Assembly: GCA_902604535.1 (NCBI GenBank)
Contig: CACKZK010000003.1
Span: 11,227-75,226 of the forward strand
DNA: 64,000 nucleotides
Reading direction: 5' to 3'
From: an uncultured SAR86 cluster bacterium
Lineage (GTDB): Bacteria; Pseudomonadota; Gammaproteobacteria; Magnimaribacterales; AG-339-G14
The position numbers and the translations under genes were made by a program. This document shows positions 8,920 to 17,780 of the stretch, piece by piece; the first letter of the stretch is position 1, and every line of letters begins with the position of its first letter. A model generated the notes under the pieces. It was not told the DNA's origin. It searched no databases and was given only the letters and a program-made list of their open reading frames with translations.

Positions 8920-9528
8920 TTGAATAGAAAAAAAAATAAACCTATGAAAACTCCTGTCAATCAGGAAGATCTTAACAGCCAAGAAGAGTATTTTCATCAT
9001 CTTAATATTACTTCGTGGAAGGGAAGATTATATAGGAAATACTTTTTATATCCTTTGTTAAATTTTCATCTAAAAGGCAAGGTTCTTGATATTGGTTGTG
9101 GGCTTGGTTCTTATTTAAAATCTAGAAAAAATGCTATTGGTATTGATGTGAATCCATTTAATATAGATTATTGTAATTCCGTAGGTCAAGAAGCTTATTT
9201 ATTCAAAAATAATTTTCCTTTTGAAGATGAGGAGTTTGATTCAGTAATAATGGACAATGTGCTAGAACATATACAAGACCCTGAAGATACTATTCTAGAA
9301 ATTAAAAGAGTCCTCAAGAAAAATGGCTTGTTTATGATAGGTGTCCCTTCAATTAAGGGTTATGAAAGTCAGGCTGATCATAAAATTTTTTACGATGAGA
9401 AAAAACTTTTATGCATTACAAAAAAATATGGCTTTAAACTTCAGAAAATTTTTTATACGCCTTTCAAATCAAAATATTTAGAAAAAAATATGAATGCACA
9501 TTGTCTATATGGCATTTTTGTAAAGTAA
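8920..9528 (+). CDS. class I SAM-dependent methyltransferase (Methyltransf_11-type)
   Basis: VLDIGCGLGSYL (motif I) and DSVIMDNVLEHIQDPEDTILEIKRVLKKNGLFMIGVP. The track start at 8920 is a TTG; the first ATG (MKTPVNQ) at 8944 is an equally plausible start. Confidence 0.75.
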   Translation: MNRKKNKPMKTPVNQEDLNSQEEYFHHLNITSWKGRLYRKYFLYPLLNFHLKGKVLDIGCGLGSYLKSRKNAIGIDVNPFNIDYCNSVGQEAYLFKNNFPFEDEEFDSVIMDNVLEHIQDPEDTILEIKRVLKKNGLFMIGVPSIKGYESQADHKIFYDEKKLLCITKKYGFKLQKIFYTPFKSKYLEKNMNAHCLYGIFVK

Positions 9529-9572
9529 AATTTTTTCATTAAAAAATTATCTCGATCAATTTTGAGTCCTCT

Positions 9573-11126
9573 TTATTTAATATATTTTTTGAGAATTACA
9601 CTGATAAATTGCTTAAAAATATCTCTTTCTATTATTAATAAGGATGCAATAAAAAGGATAAGGCTAAAAATTGAGGAAAATAAAATTATTATAAAGTCAT
9701 TATCTTCAATTGAAGTAATTGAAGAGATTTCTTTACATCCAAAAAAAATAACTACTGATAGTCCAAGGTATTTAATCGCCAACAAGAGATTCAAATTATC
9801 ATAAGAAAAAAAATTCTTTTTCTTATGCTCTGATAGGAGCAAATAAAATAAAGCATAAAAAGAAACTGACAAAGCTATTGGAATTCCAAGAAAACCAATG
9901 AATTCATAAAGGATAAGCATCAGAATTAGATTGATGAGGTTTGAATAAGTAGTGACTTTTAAATAAATACGTGGAGTTTCTATTGCAAAAAAATATGGTG
10001 TAAGTATTTTTACAAGAGTAGCAGCTGGGAGACCAAGCAAAAAAGCTGTTAAAACCATAGAAGTATTCTTGGTTGATTCCGCTGTAAATTCACCTCGTTC
10101 AAATAAGAAGGAAACAATCTCGGTACTCAAACCAAGAAGGAACGCAGTTAAAGGTAATATTGTAATCAATGCATATTTATTAGCTCTATTCATATATTCT
10201 ATCGCCAAATCATTTTCATTCTCTCGAATTAAATTTGATAAATTTGGAACAAGAACCACGCCTATCGCGATGCCAATTAAAGTCAATGGAAAGTAAAAAA
10301 GTCTTTCTGAATAATAAATATACGATACTGCCCCTTCTTCTAGTGAGCATAAAAAAATACCTATAATCAAGTTAATCTGAAAAAATGATGAGTAGACTAA
10401 AGTAGGCCAATACATACTATAGAATTCTTTTAAGCTTGTTCGATATCTTTTTAGAGATATTAATACTGTCCAAAAATTCCTGTCCACAACAGTAAATAAA
10501 ACTAAAGCCTGAAAGAAGCCTCCAATAATTACTGTATATGAAAGATATAGAAGTTTATTTACTTCATAAAAGTTTGTTAAAACAATAGCTCCGACAATTG
10601 TTAAATTAAGGACGGAAGCTATTGCGCCAGTAACCCCGAACTTATTATTAGCATTTAAATTTGCCATTAACACTGAAGTCAAAACTATAAAAATTACATA
10701 AGGAAAGATTATTCTTGAACTTGTAATTAATAATTCTTGTAGAAGAGGATCTGAAAAACCGTAAGAAAAAATTTGTAATATTTCTTCCATAAAAATTTCT
10801 GTGATTACAGTTAATAAGACTGCAAAAAAGAGAAAAACTAAAAAAACTTTTCTTGTAAATTCATACTTTTTATTTAAGTTGCTAGAGGCGGAGGATTTTC
10901 CATAAATTGGGATAAAAGCAGGATTCAGAGATTCCTCTGAAACAGCTCTCTTAAATGAATAAGGTAATCTAAAAGCTATTAAAAATATGTCAGATAAAAC
11001 TGAGGTTCCAACAAAAGATGCTAAAAAAAGATCTCTTAAATAACCTGAAATCTTACTTATGAAAGATGCAAAAGAATAAAAAAATACTGGAATAGCGAGT
11101 TTTGATTTTTGAGAGGAACTTTTCAT
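9573..11126 (-). CDS. murJ: MurJ/MviN-family lipid-linked oligosaccharide flippase
   Basis: 517 aa and polytopic. The N-terminus SKISGYLRDLFLASFVGTSVLSDIFLIAFRLPYSFKRAVSEESLNPAFIPIY matches the MurJ signature region (SR..G..RD....FGA....DAF..AF..PN..R....EG....F.P). Confidence 0.75.
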   Translation of the reverse strand: MKSSSQKSKLAIPVFFYSFASFISKISGYLRDLFLASFVGTSVLSDIFLIAFRLPYSFKRAVSEESLNPAFIPIYGKSSASSNLNKKYEFTRKVFLVFLFFAVLLTVITEIFMEEILQIFSYGFSDPLLQELLITSSRIIFPYVIFIVLTSVLMANLNANNKFGVTGAIASVLNLTIVGAIVLTNFYEVNKLLYLSYTVIIGGFFQALVLFTVVDRNFWTVLISLKRYRTSLKEFYSMYWPTLVYSSFFQINLIIGIFLCSLEEGAVSYIYYSERLFYFPLTLIGIAIGVVLVPNLSNLIRENENDLAIEYMNRANKYALITILPLTAFLLGLSTEIVSFLFERGEFTAESTKNTSMVLTAFLLGLPAATLVKILTPYFFAIETPRIYLKVTTYSNLINLILMLILYEFIGFLGIPIALSVSFYALFYLLLSEHKKKNFFSYDNLNLLLAIKYLGLSVVIFFGCKEISSITSIEDNDFIIILFSSIFSLILFIASLLIIERDIFKQFISVILKKYIK

Positions 11127-11133
11127 TATAATC

Positions 11134-12243
11134 TTAAATCAGGGAACTATTTACTATATCTTTTATATCTATATACGAAATTTCTTCATAAAAGTTCTTT
11201 GCTCTTTCGGGTGAATACATTGAATCAACAAGGGAAAGTATCTGTTTGTTATTTATGTAAGAGTTTAAGTGCTTATTTATATTAAGATTTTCCAGCATTT
11301 CTTTGACTTCTTCTATTAGAGCTTTATCTAGAAATCTAAAATCTCTCTCTTCTAAGAAATCTATGATTGATGCAAGTGTAAAGCTGCAAGCAATTCCGTG
11401 CGGAACGTTAAATTTACTAGTAAGCGGGTAAGAGATTGAGTGAGCAATTGCTGTTTTCGTTCTGCTTATAGCAATTCCTGCCAAAAAACTTGCTTCCTGC
11501 ATCATTGATCTACAGTGGGAATTTTGAAGGTCATTCATTAAATGAGGTAAAGAATTTACAATCAATCTCAGTGAATTCTCTGCAATCTCTATTGTTTTAT
11601 TATTAGTGTTTCTGTTCCAGATAGCTTCCAAAGCATGTGAAGTTGCATCTAAACCAGGAAAAAGAGTTTGGTTAAAAGGAAGTGTAGAAGTAACTTCAGG
11701 ATTGAGGAAAACTAAGTCTGGATAAAGTAACTTACTTTCTAGAGAGTATTTTTTTGCATATTTAAAGTCCCAGATAGTAGAAAACGGTGTTGCTTCAGAT
11801 CCTGTTCCCGAAGTTGTAGGAACAGCAGCGAAATAAAATTCTTTTTTTAATTTTAAGATTTTTCCTTCTCTAAAGTGAACTGAAAGTGGATTTTTAACTT
11901 GGAGATTTAGGAAGGACATAATTGCTTTTGCGCTATCCATGACACTTCCGCCTCCAATGGCAATAATGGAATTAAATTTACCTTTATTTAAGCTATTGAT
12001 TGCTATATCTAATTTTTCCAAGTCAGGATTTGGCTCTACGTCAGTATAAAATTCACATTTTTTGCCATCTAATTTATCAATCAGCGTTTTTACTTTATCT
12101 CTCTCAAGTGAACTCTTTGTAGTTATAACTAAGATGTTTCCTTTAGGAATCTCAGAACAGAATTCTTTTACTTTTGAGCTGCCCTGAATTACTTTGGAAT
12201 TAAAAAAATCTTCAAAGGTTTCTAATTTAATTTGATTCTTCAC
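11134..12243 (-). CDS. iron-containing (group III) alcohol dehydrogenase, predicted phosphonoacetaldehyde reductase (PhpC/FomC-like)
   Basis: IIAIGGGSVMDSAKAI, SHALEAIWN and AHSISYPLTSKFNVPHGIACSF are Fe-ADH motifs. The gene overlaps the upstream phosphonopyruvate decarboxylase gene by 17 nt. The substrate assignment rests on context only. Confidence 0.7.
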   Translation of the reverse strand: MKNQIKLETFEDFFNSKVIQGSSKVKEFCSEIPKGNILVITTKSSLERDKVKTLIDKLDGKKCEFYTDVEPNPDLEKLDIAINSLNKGKFNSIIAIGGGSVMDSAKAIMSFLNLQVKNPLSVHFREGKILKLKKEFYFAAVPTTSGTGSEATPFSTIWDFKYAKKYSLESKLLYPDLVFLNPEVTSTLPFNQTLFPGLDATSHALEAIWNRNTNNKTIEIAENSLRLIVNSLPHLMNDLQNSHCRSMMQEASFLAGIAISRTKTAIAHSISYPLTSKFNVPHGIACSFTLASIIDFLEERDFRFLDKALIEEVKEMLENLNINKHLNSYINNKQILSLVDSMYSPERAKNFYEEISYIDIKDIVNSSLI

Positions 12244-13366
12244 TAGTAGTATTTAAGAAGTTCATAAAACCTTTTTTATTTTCTATGGGAGTAGTCGCCG
12301 GTCTTCCAAGATTCTCTCTTGAATATTTTTTTACATTTATTAGAAGAAAAGAGGGACCTTTGGCGGCATAAACATCATTCCATAAATTTTCTAATTCACT
12401 CAAATGAGAAAATTCAAAAAAATTTTCATACCCAATAGATTTTGTTAATAAGGAAAAATCTATATTGTCCGAGACTGTTGGTTGTCCACCGACAGATTCA
12501 TGTGCACGATTATTTAGAAGGACATGAATAAAATTTTCAGGTTTTATTGAAGCAATTATGGGTAAGGCACCTAGGTGCATTAGCATCGCACCATCACCGT
12601 CAAGACATATGATTTTTCTATTCCTTTCAACAATTGAAATCCCAAGAGCAATTGATGAAGAGTGTCCCATTGATCCAACGGTTAAGAAATCTTTTTGACC
12701 CATTCCTAAACCATCTCTTATTTCATATAGTTCTCTAGATGTTTTTCCAGTTGTTGATATGAAAATATCATCTTCTGAAGATAATTTAAGTAATTTCTTG
12801 ATCACTTCTTCCCTTGTTAAGAGAGCTGAAGACTTATGATTTTTTTTTAAATTATATTTTGAAAAAGTATTTTTTTTGACAAGTATTGCGACAGGTGAAT
12901 TATGTTTAGTAGCTTTTTCAATAGACAAATTTATGGTTTCTTCTAAGTTTGAATTTGAATCAAGAATTAAATAATCTATATCCAACGATTCAAGCTGACT
13001 CTCAGTTACTTGACCTTGCTTTTGATGCTGAGGCTCATCTTTGACTCCGGGCTCTCCTCTCCAGCCAATCATAAGCAACATAGGAATAGAATAAACTTCT
13101 CTACTCGCAAGAGAAATTAATGGATTATAGGCATTTCCTAATCCAGAATTCTGCATATAAACAATAGGGATTTTACCAGTTGCCAAGTGGTAACCAGCAG
13201 CTATTGCCACTGAATTTCCTTCATTTGCAGATATGACATGCTGATTAACTCTTGAATGATCATCAATATAGGCACAAATATCCTTAAGAAGAGAGTCTGG
13301 CACGCCAGAGAAAAAGTCGATATTTTTTTTAATTAGATAATCATAAAATTTTTTGGGACTAATCAT
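12227..13366 (-). CDS. ppd: phosphonopyruvate decarboxylase
   Basis: 379 aa. N-terminus [17 protein letters not shown] is typical of Ppd/AepY/Fom2. ThDP motif [14 protein letters not shown]...LLNNRAHES. There is a 4-nt overlap with the PEP mutase gene. Confidence 0.85.
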   Translation of the reverse strand: MISPKKFYDYLIKKNIDFFSGVPDSLLKDICAYIDDHSRVNQHVISANEGNSVAIAAGYHLATGKIPIVYMQNSGLGNAYNPLISLASREVYSIPMLLMIGWRGEPGVKDEPQHQKQGQVTESQLESLDIDYLILDSNSNLEETINLSIEKATKHNSPVAILVKKNTFSKYNLKKNHKSSALLTREEVIKKLLKLSSEDDIFISTTGKTSRELYEIRDGLGMGQKDFLTVGSMGHSSSIALGISIVERNRKIICLDGDGAMLMHLGALPIIASIKPENFIHVLLNNRAHESVGGQPTVSDNIDFSLLTKSIGYENFFEFSHLSELENLWNDVYAAKGPSFLLINVKKYSRENLGRPATTPIENKKGFMNFLNTTSEESN

Positions 13367-14670
13367 TTTCCACCGGGAATAAGCTCAAGAATATCTTTAA
13401 TGGACATCATCCCTGAACTTGATTCTAGAGCCCTTTGATTTTGCAGAATGGATTCAGCTGTTTTAATCATAGCGGGGTAAGCACTTCTTAAAAGTTGATT
13501 TGCGTAAATAATTATATTTACACCTCTTTCTGAGAGTTCATGCTCATATATTGAATCAAAGCTTGAAGGTACTACAACAAGTGGTTTTCGTTCTTCGAAT
13601 TTATTATATTCATCACAAAACTCTAATATTTCACTTGGATCCTTTTTTCTACTGTGTATCATAATCCCATCTGCACCAGCTTTTATATAGCTTCTAGCTC
13701 TCTTTAGTGCATCCTTCATGCCCTTCTCTAGAATAAGACTCTCTATTCTAGCAATAATCATAAAATCATCCGTTACCTGTGCTACTTTTCCAGCTTTGAT
13801 TTTTTCATTAAAGTTTTCAATACTATCTTGAGTCTGTTCAACTTCATTTCCAAATAGAGAATTTTTTTTCAACCCGATCTTATCTTCAATGATTACTGCT
13901 GATATTCCTAGTCTCTCTAAATTTCTTACCGTAAATTGAAAGTGCTCTTTGATTCCGCCCGTATCTCCATCATAGATAATAGGTTTTGTAGAGACTTCTA
14001 AGATATTATCTAACGTAGATATTCTGGAGCTTACATCAACTGCTTCGATATCAGGCTTTCCCTTTGCAGTTGAATCAGTAAGGCTACTTGCCCACATTCC
14101 ATCAAATTCTCTTGTTTGACCATCTACATTAACATTTAGATTTTCAATGATTAAAGCAGATAAACCATTGTGAATATCTAGAAAAGTTAAATACTTCTTT
14201 GCATTTAAAAGCCTTTTTAGGGCCTTCAGCCTTATATCTGGAGTAGTACCAATTTCTCTTTTGGCTTTATTAAGTTGAGTAGAAGATATACCTCCTGTAT
14301 ATGGCAATTCAATTAATTCACCGTTCCATAACTTCAAGGTGTTGATAACTTTTTCTCTAGTGGACTTTTGAACTCCTTCTTTCCAGTCATCGCCATGGAC
14401 CACATAATTTGGTTTTATAGATAAAAGATTTTTTTCATAATCTAAAGTATCTTGAGGTATTACCTTCACTACTCCCTTAATATTGTCGATAATTTCTTTT
14501 CTTTGTTCATAAGACATCATCGGCACTCTCTTATAGCTTGCTATAGCTTCATCCGTAAGTAATCCCACAACCACTTCTCCTAAAGAAGCAGCTTTTTTGA
14601 GGATATTCATATGTCCGTGATGGACAAGATCAGCGCTCATTCCAACATAGACTATTTTATTTTTTTTCAT
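13363..14670 (-). CDS. pepM: bifunctional cytidylyltransferase / phosphoenolpyruvate mutase (Fom1-type fusion)
   Basis: N-terminal ~135 aa: [18 protein letters not shown] (HxGH) and [10 protein letters not shown] (RTxGISTT-like), as in TagD-type cytidylyltransferases. C-terminal ~290 aa: [26 protein letters not shown] and the PEP-mutase-diagnostic EDK-x5-NS ([10 protein letters not shown]). Confidence 0.9.
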   Translation of the reverse strand: MKKNKIVYVGMSADLVHHGHMNILKKAASLGEVVVGLLTDEAIASYKRVPMMSYEQRKEIIDNIKGVVKVIPQDTLDYEKNLLSIKPNYVVHGDDWKEGVQKSTREKVINTLKLWNGELIELPYTGGISSTQLNKAKREIGTTPDIRLKALKRLLNAKKYLTFLDIHNGLSALIIENLNVNVDGQTREFDGMWASSLTDSTAKGKPDIEAVDVSSRISTLDNILEVSTKPIIYDGDTGGIKEHFQFTVRNLERLGISAVIIEDKIGLKKNSLFGNEVEQTQDSIENFNEKIKAGKVAQVTDDFMIIARIESLILEKGMKDALKRARSYIKAGADGIMIHSRKKDPSEILEFCDEYNKFEERKPLVVVPSSFDSIYEHELSERGVNIIIYANQLLRSAYPAMIKTAESILQNQRALESSSGMMSIKDILELIPGGK

Positions 14671-14798
14671 CCCTAATATTCCTTACTTGAAAGTTCGATA
14701 GTATATATGCTTAGGATATTAAATATTAATTAAAGTTGAGAAATAAAATATATTTAAGCCTTCTCTATTTAAAAAAAAATTCAACCTGATGAATTTTC

Positions 14799-14818
14799 AA
14801 GTATATCTAGATATACTT
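14799..14818. promoter_or_regulatory. 20-bp perfect palindrome AAGTATATCT|AGATATACTT in the divergent intergenic region (candidate operator)
   Basis: Read directly from the sequence: the left half is the exact reverse complement of the right half. It lies 19 nt upstream of the GTG start at 14837 and 129 nt from the pepM start at 14670. Confidence 0.4.
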
Positions 14819-14836
14819 TAGTAAATTAAAAAAAAA

Positions 14837-15709
14837 GTGACAAAAAAAATAGCTTTATTTCTATACAAATTTTTACTCTTATCGGATAGCTTTTTTTTCT
14901 TTTTGACGAAAAAAAGATATTTATTTTGGTTAAAGGACTTTTTTCATGAAGATTCATATACAAAGATTAAAGTGCTCGACAAAGATGTTAATTTTTTTGT
15001 GCCTAACTCCGTTACAAATAATAGAGTAGATACTTTCTATACTAAAGAACCAGAGACCTTGGCTTGGATAGATGATTTTTTAGAAGATAAAAATATCATT
15101 TTTTGGGATATTGGTTCTAATATTGGTCAGTATTCAATTTATGCCGCCTTAAAACATGAAAAATGTCATGTCGTGTCATTTGAACCATCAACTAGCAACT
15201 TAAGAGTATTAAGTAGAAATGTCTCTATAAATGGCTTAGAAGAGAGAATTGACATTTTTACAATGCCCCTTATTGACAAAGGTCATAATTTCCTAATGAT
15301 GAACGAAAAAAATTTTGAAGAAGGCAGGGCACAGAATTCATTTGGAGATGAGCTTGATCACCTCGGAAATAAATTTTCGCCTAAGTCTAAATATCAATTG
15401 CTAGGTATCTCTATCAATCAATTGCTGGATACAAATGTCTTGGAGATTCCAGATTATATAAAAATTGATGTTGATGGAATTGAGTTATTGATTCTTCAAG
15501 GAAGCGAAAAATATCTTAAGAATCAAAAAATAAAAAGTATTTCAATAGAATTAAATGAAGGGAGGGAAGAAGAGTTCAAACAAACATTGGAATTAATGGA
15601 AGAAAGTGGTTTTAAGATTAAGAGCAAAAAACGTGACGATAATGCATACAAAGATCATAGTAAATTTATAAATCAGTATAACTATGTTTTTGGCAGAGAA
15701 AACATTTAG
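14837..15709 (+). CDS. FkbM-family methyltransferase
   Basis: FWDIGSNIGQYSIYAA, VVSFEPSTSN and IKIDVDGIELLILQG are the FkbM-family pattern. GTG start; there is no in-frame ATG near the N-terminus. Confidence 0.75.
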   Translation: MTKKIALFLYKFLLLSDSFFFFLTKKRYLFWLKDFFHEDSYTKIKVLDKDVNFFVPNSVTNNRVDTFYTKEPETLAWIDDFLEDKNIIFWDIGSNIGQYSIYAALKHEKCHVVSFEPSTSNLRVLSRNVSINGLEERIDIFTMPLIDKGHNFLMMNEKNFEEGRAQNSFGDELDHLGNKFSPKSKYQLLGISINQLLDTNVLEIPDYIKIDVDGIELLILQGSEKYLKNQKIKSISIELNEGREEEFKQTLELMEESGFKIKSKKRDDNAYKDHSKFINQYNYVFGRENI

Positions 15710-16464
15710 ATTTCGCCTGAAAGGCTTTTGCTTTGATTAGTTTTACTCTTTCTTTTATCGTCAAAATATCTCTTATAATTATCCCCTTCTGATAGTTTGT
15801 TGTAGGTATAGTAAATAGTTCTTCTATCTAAATTGCTATTATTTTTAGAAGATTTATGAGGGCATGTAGAATTGAAGAATACTATATCTCCAGGCTCTAA
15901 GTTAATTTCCTCAAAACAAAGGGAGGCTTCAATATCTTGAGTAAGATCAGGAGTTCCATTATTTTTTGTTTTTTTCAGTAGATTTTCAAATGAGTCTTTA
16001 TGAACTTTAGAAACTTGTAAAGGTCCATTGTCCGAGTTCATCTGATCAATTGAGACTAAAACATTTATATACTCTTTAGCATACTCATGCCAACCTTTTT
16101 TTAAATTCCCTTCAGAATCTTCCCATAAAAAAATTCCATCGTAGTGAGCATAGAAACCCTCACCTCCTGGAGGTTTAGCATTATATTTATCCTTAAATAT
16201 TATGAAGTTTTCATGAAAGATTAAATTTAAGATTTCTAAAATATCTTCATTAAGTTTTTTTAAATGTTTTCCTTTATCATAAATCTCTTCTATTCGTCTG
16301 ATTTTTTTATTTCTATCGAGGTATTTAATAGTTTCACTTGAAGAAATAATTTCATCGAAAACCGATTCCATAAATTTTTTTGAAAATATATCTTTGAGTA
16401 CAAAAAAGCCTTTTTGACGATATTCCGCAAATATTTTTATTGAAAATTCCTTATCAATTAACAT
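15706..16464 (-). CDS. phytanoyl-CoA dioxygenase (PhyH)-family Fe(II)/2-oxoglutarate oxygenase
   Basis: 252 aa. HxD facial-triad element in FYAHYDG, distal His in STCPHKS, Arg in LDRRTIYY. Confidence 0.65.
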   Translation of the reverse strand: MLIDKEFSIKIFAEYRQKGFFVLKDIFSKKFMESVFDEIISSSETIKYLDRNKKIRRIEEIYDKGKHLKKLNEDILEILNLIFHENFIIFKDKYNAKPPGGEGFYAHYDGIFLWEDSEGNLKKGWHEYAKEYINVLVSIDQMNSDNGPLQVSKVHKDSFENLLKKTKNNGTPDLTQDIEASLCFEEINLEPGDIVFFNSTCPHKSSKNNSNLDRRTIYYTYNKLSEGDNYKRYFDDKRKSKTNQSKSLSGEI

Positions 16465-16995
16465 CTAGTCATTCCTTTTTGATCTAAATGAAAAGAATTT
16501 TTCTACTATCAGATCTACAAGGAGATCTGGAGTTTCTCCTCTTTTAAATACTATTTCTAAATCTGGGCTTTCAGGAAAATCCACTTCAATATCAAGTCCA
16601 GCAACATCTTTTATCTCTCCTTTATCAAATTTTTCATATAACTTTTTAGGATCTCTCTCTTTCAAGACATCCAATGGGGTATTAAGAAAAACCTCAAAAT
16701 ATCCATCTATGTTTTCTTTGTTCCACTTATGTATTTCCTTGAAGAGAGCAATTGCACCAACAATAACAATTAGGTTCTGTTCAGATAACATTCTCGCCAG
16801 TTTAGAGTAAGTAAATGCTCTATTTTTTCTATCATCACGCCTATTTGAATCTTTAGCATTAAAACAATCTCTTAAATTGTCTCCATCCAAAATTATTGTG
16901 GGATATCCCTTATTTAAAAGTGATTTCTTTACTCCATTTGCAAGAGTAGTTTTACCTGCAGCAGAAAGTCCAGTTATCCAAATTACGTTTTGCAT
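16465..16995 (-). CDS. cysC: adenylylsulfate (APS) kinase
   Basis: VIWITGLSAAGKTTLA P-loop followed by ILDGDNLR and a 176-aa size, the classic CysC pattern. It abuts the downstream gene with 0-nt spacing. Confidence 0.9.
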   Translation of the reverse strand: MQNVIWITGLSAAGKTTLANGVKKSLLNKGYPTIILDGDNLRDCFNAKDSNRRDDRKNRAFTYSKLARMLSEQNLIVIVGAIALFKEIHKWNKENIDGYFEVFLNTPLDVLKERDPKKLYEKFDKGEIKDVAGLDIEVDFPESPDLEIVFKRGETPDLLVDLIVEKFFSFRSKRND

Positions 16996-17007
16996 ATATT
17001 ATCTTTT

Positions 17008-17772
17008 TTATTTATCTTTTTTTATGATGAACCATCTTTCAAAATCTTCTTCTAGACTTTTCTTATTTAGAGAAGCATCAGATTTATCATTTAAAAATTC
17101 TAAAGTTGCTCTTCTTGCACCTGGAAATTTAAGAGAATAATACTCATCAAGATGAACAAAGCCACCAGGTACGAGTTTTTCCCATACAAAATCTAAACTT
17201 ACAAGATAGCTTTCATATAAATCACAATCTATGACAGCAGCCATAATACACTTTATTTCTTGAGAGGCCGTCATCGTTTCTGAAAACTCTCCTTGTATAA
17301 GTTCAATATTATCTAATTCTAAGTATTTAATTTTGTTTTTTAACAGCCTTAAGTTATTTTTTTCAAATTCGCCCGAGGAAGAGATATTTTTTGTATTTTG
17401 GTCAAAATTTTTATTTGAAAACCTTTCTAATAACATTTTATTAAGTTGTACAGACTCGAAATGTTCTTTTGATATTAATCCTTCTTGATGCATCTTCAGG
17501 AACTCAGGAAGGTTATCCTTCTCGTGATAAACAGGAGGAAAACCAGTAAAAGTATCAAAACCATAAACTTTTTTATCGGAACCGAGGTCCTTGAGTAATT
17601 TTGCAATTGCAATAAGTGAGTGTCCTCTATAGACTCCAGCCTCCACTATGTCACCCTCTAATTTAGAGTGGTTATTCTTAATAAAAGAAATAAGGTTCGA
17701 AAAAGAACCCTCTTTATTATAGTTGTATACGCCAAGCATATTAAAATGCCAGTCTTTATTTAAGCTTTTCAT
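17008..17772 (-). CDS. TylF/macrocin-O-methyltransferase-family methyltransferase
   Basis: GDIVEAGVYRGHSLIAIAKLL, GFDTFTGFP, AVIDCDLYESY and PGGFVHLDEY are TylF-family hallmarks. Confidence 0.75.
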   Translation of the reverse strand: MKSLNKDWHFNMLGVYNYNKEGSFSNLISFIKNNHSKLEGDIVEAGVYRGHSLIAIAKLLKDLGSDKKVYGFDTFTGFPPVYHEKDNLPEFLKMHQEGLISKEHFESVQLNKMLLERFSNKNFDQNTKNISSSGEFEKNNLRLLKNKIKYLELDNIELIQGEFSETMTASQEIKCIMAAVIDCDLYESYLVSLDFVWEKLVPGGFVHLDEYYSLKFPGARRATLEFLNDKSDASLNKKSLEEDFERWFIIKKDK

Positions 17773-17780
17773 TTTCGGCG

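Noticed and set aside
8928-8936. Homopolymeric A/T tracts (e.g. A9 at 8928-8936, A9 at 14771-14779 and 14828-14836) as phase-variation switches
   Set aside because: Runs of 8-10 A or T are frequent throughout this AT-rich window, inside and outside genes. Nothing singles these out, and the 8928 tract lies between two alternative starts rather than within an essential reading frame.
9529-9548. AT-only inverted repeats as bidirectional terminators: AATTTTTT-CATT-AAAAAATT between the convergent methyltransferase and murJ-like genes, and ATGCAAT-N8-ATTGCAT at 19984-20005
   Set aside because: The stems are short and all or mostly A-T, with no flanking U-tract in the right orientation. They are thermodynamically too weak to call as intrinsic terminators.
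15706-16464. Possibility that the island encodes methylphosphonate synthase (MPnS) or HEPD, i.e. a methane-precursor pathway
   Set aside because: MPnS and HEPD are ~440-460-aa bicupin enzymes. The only oxygenase here is a 252-aa PhyH-type protein, and no ORF of suitable size or motif follows the Fe-ADH. MPn synthesis cannot be claimed from this window.
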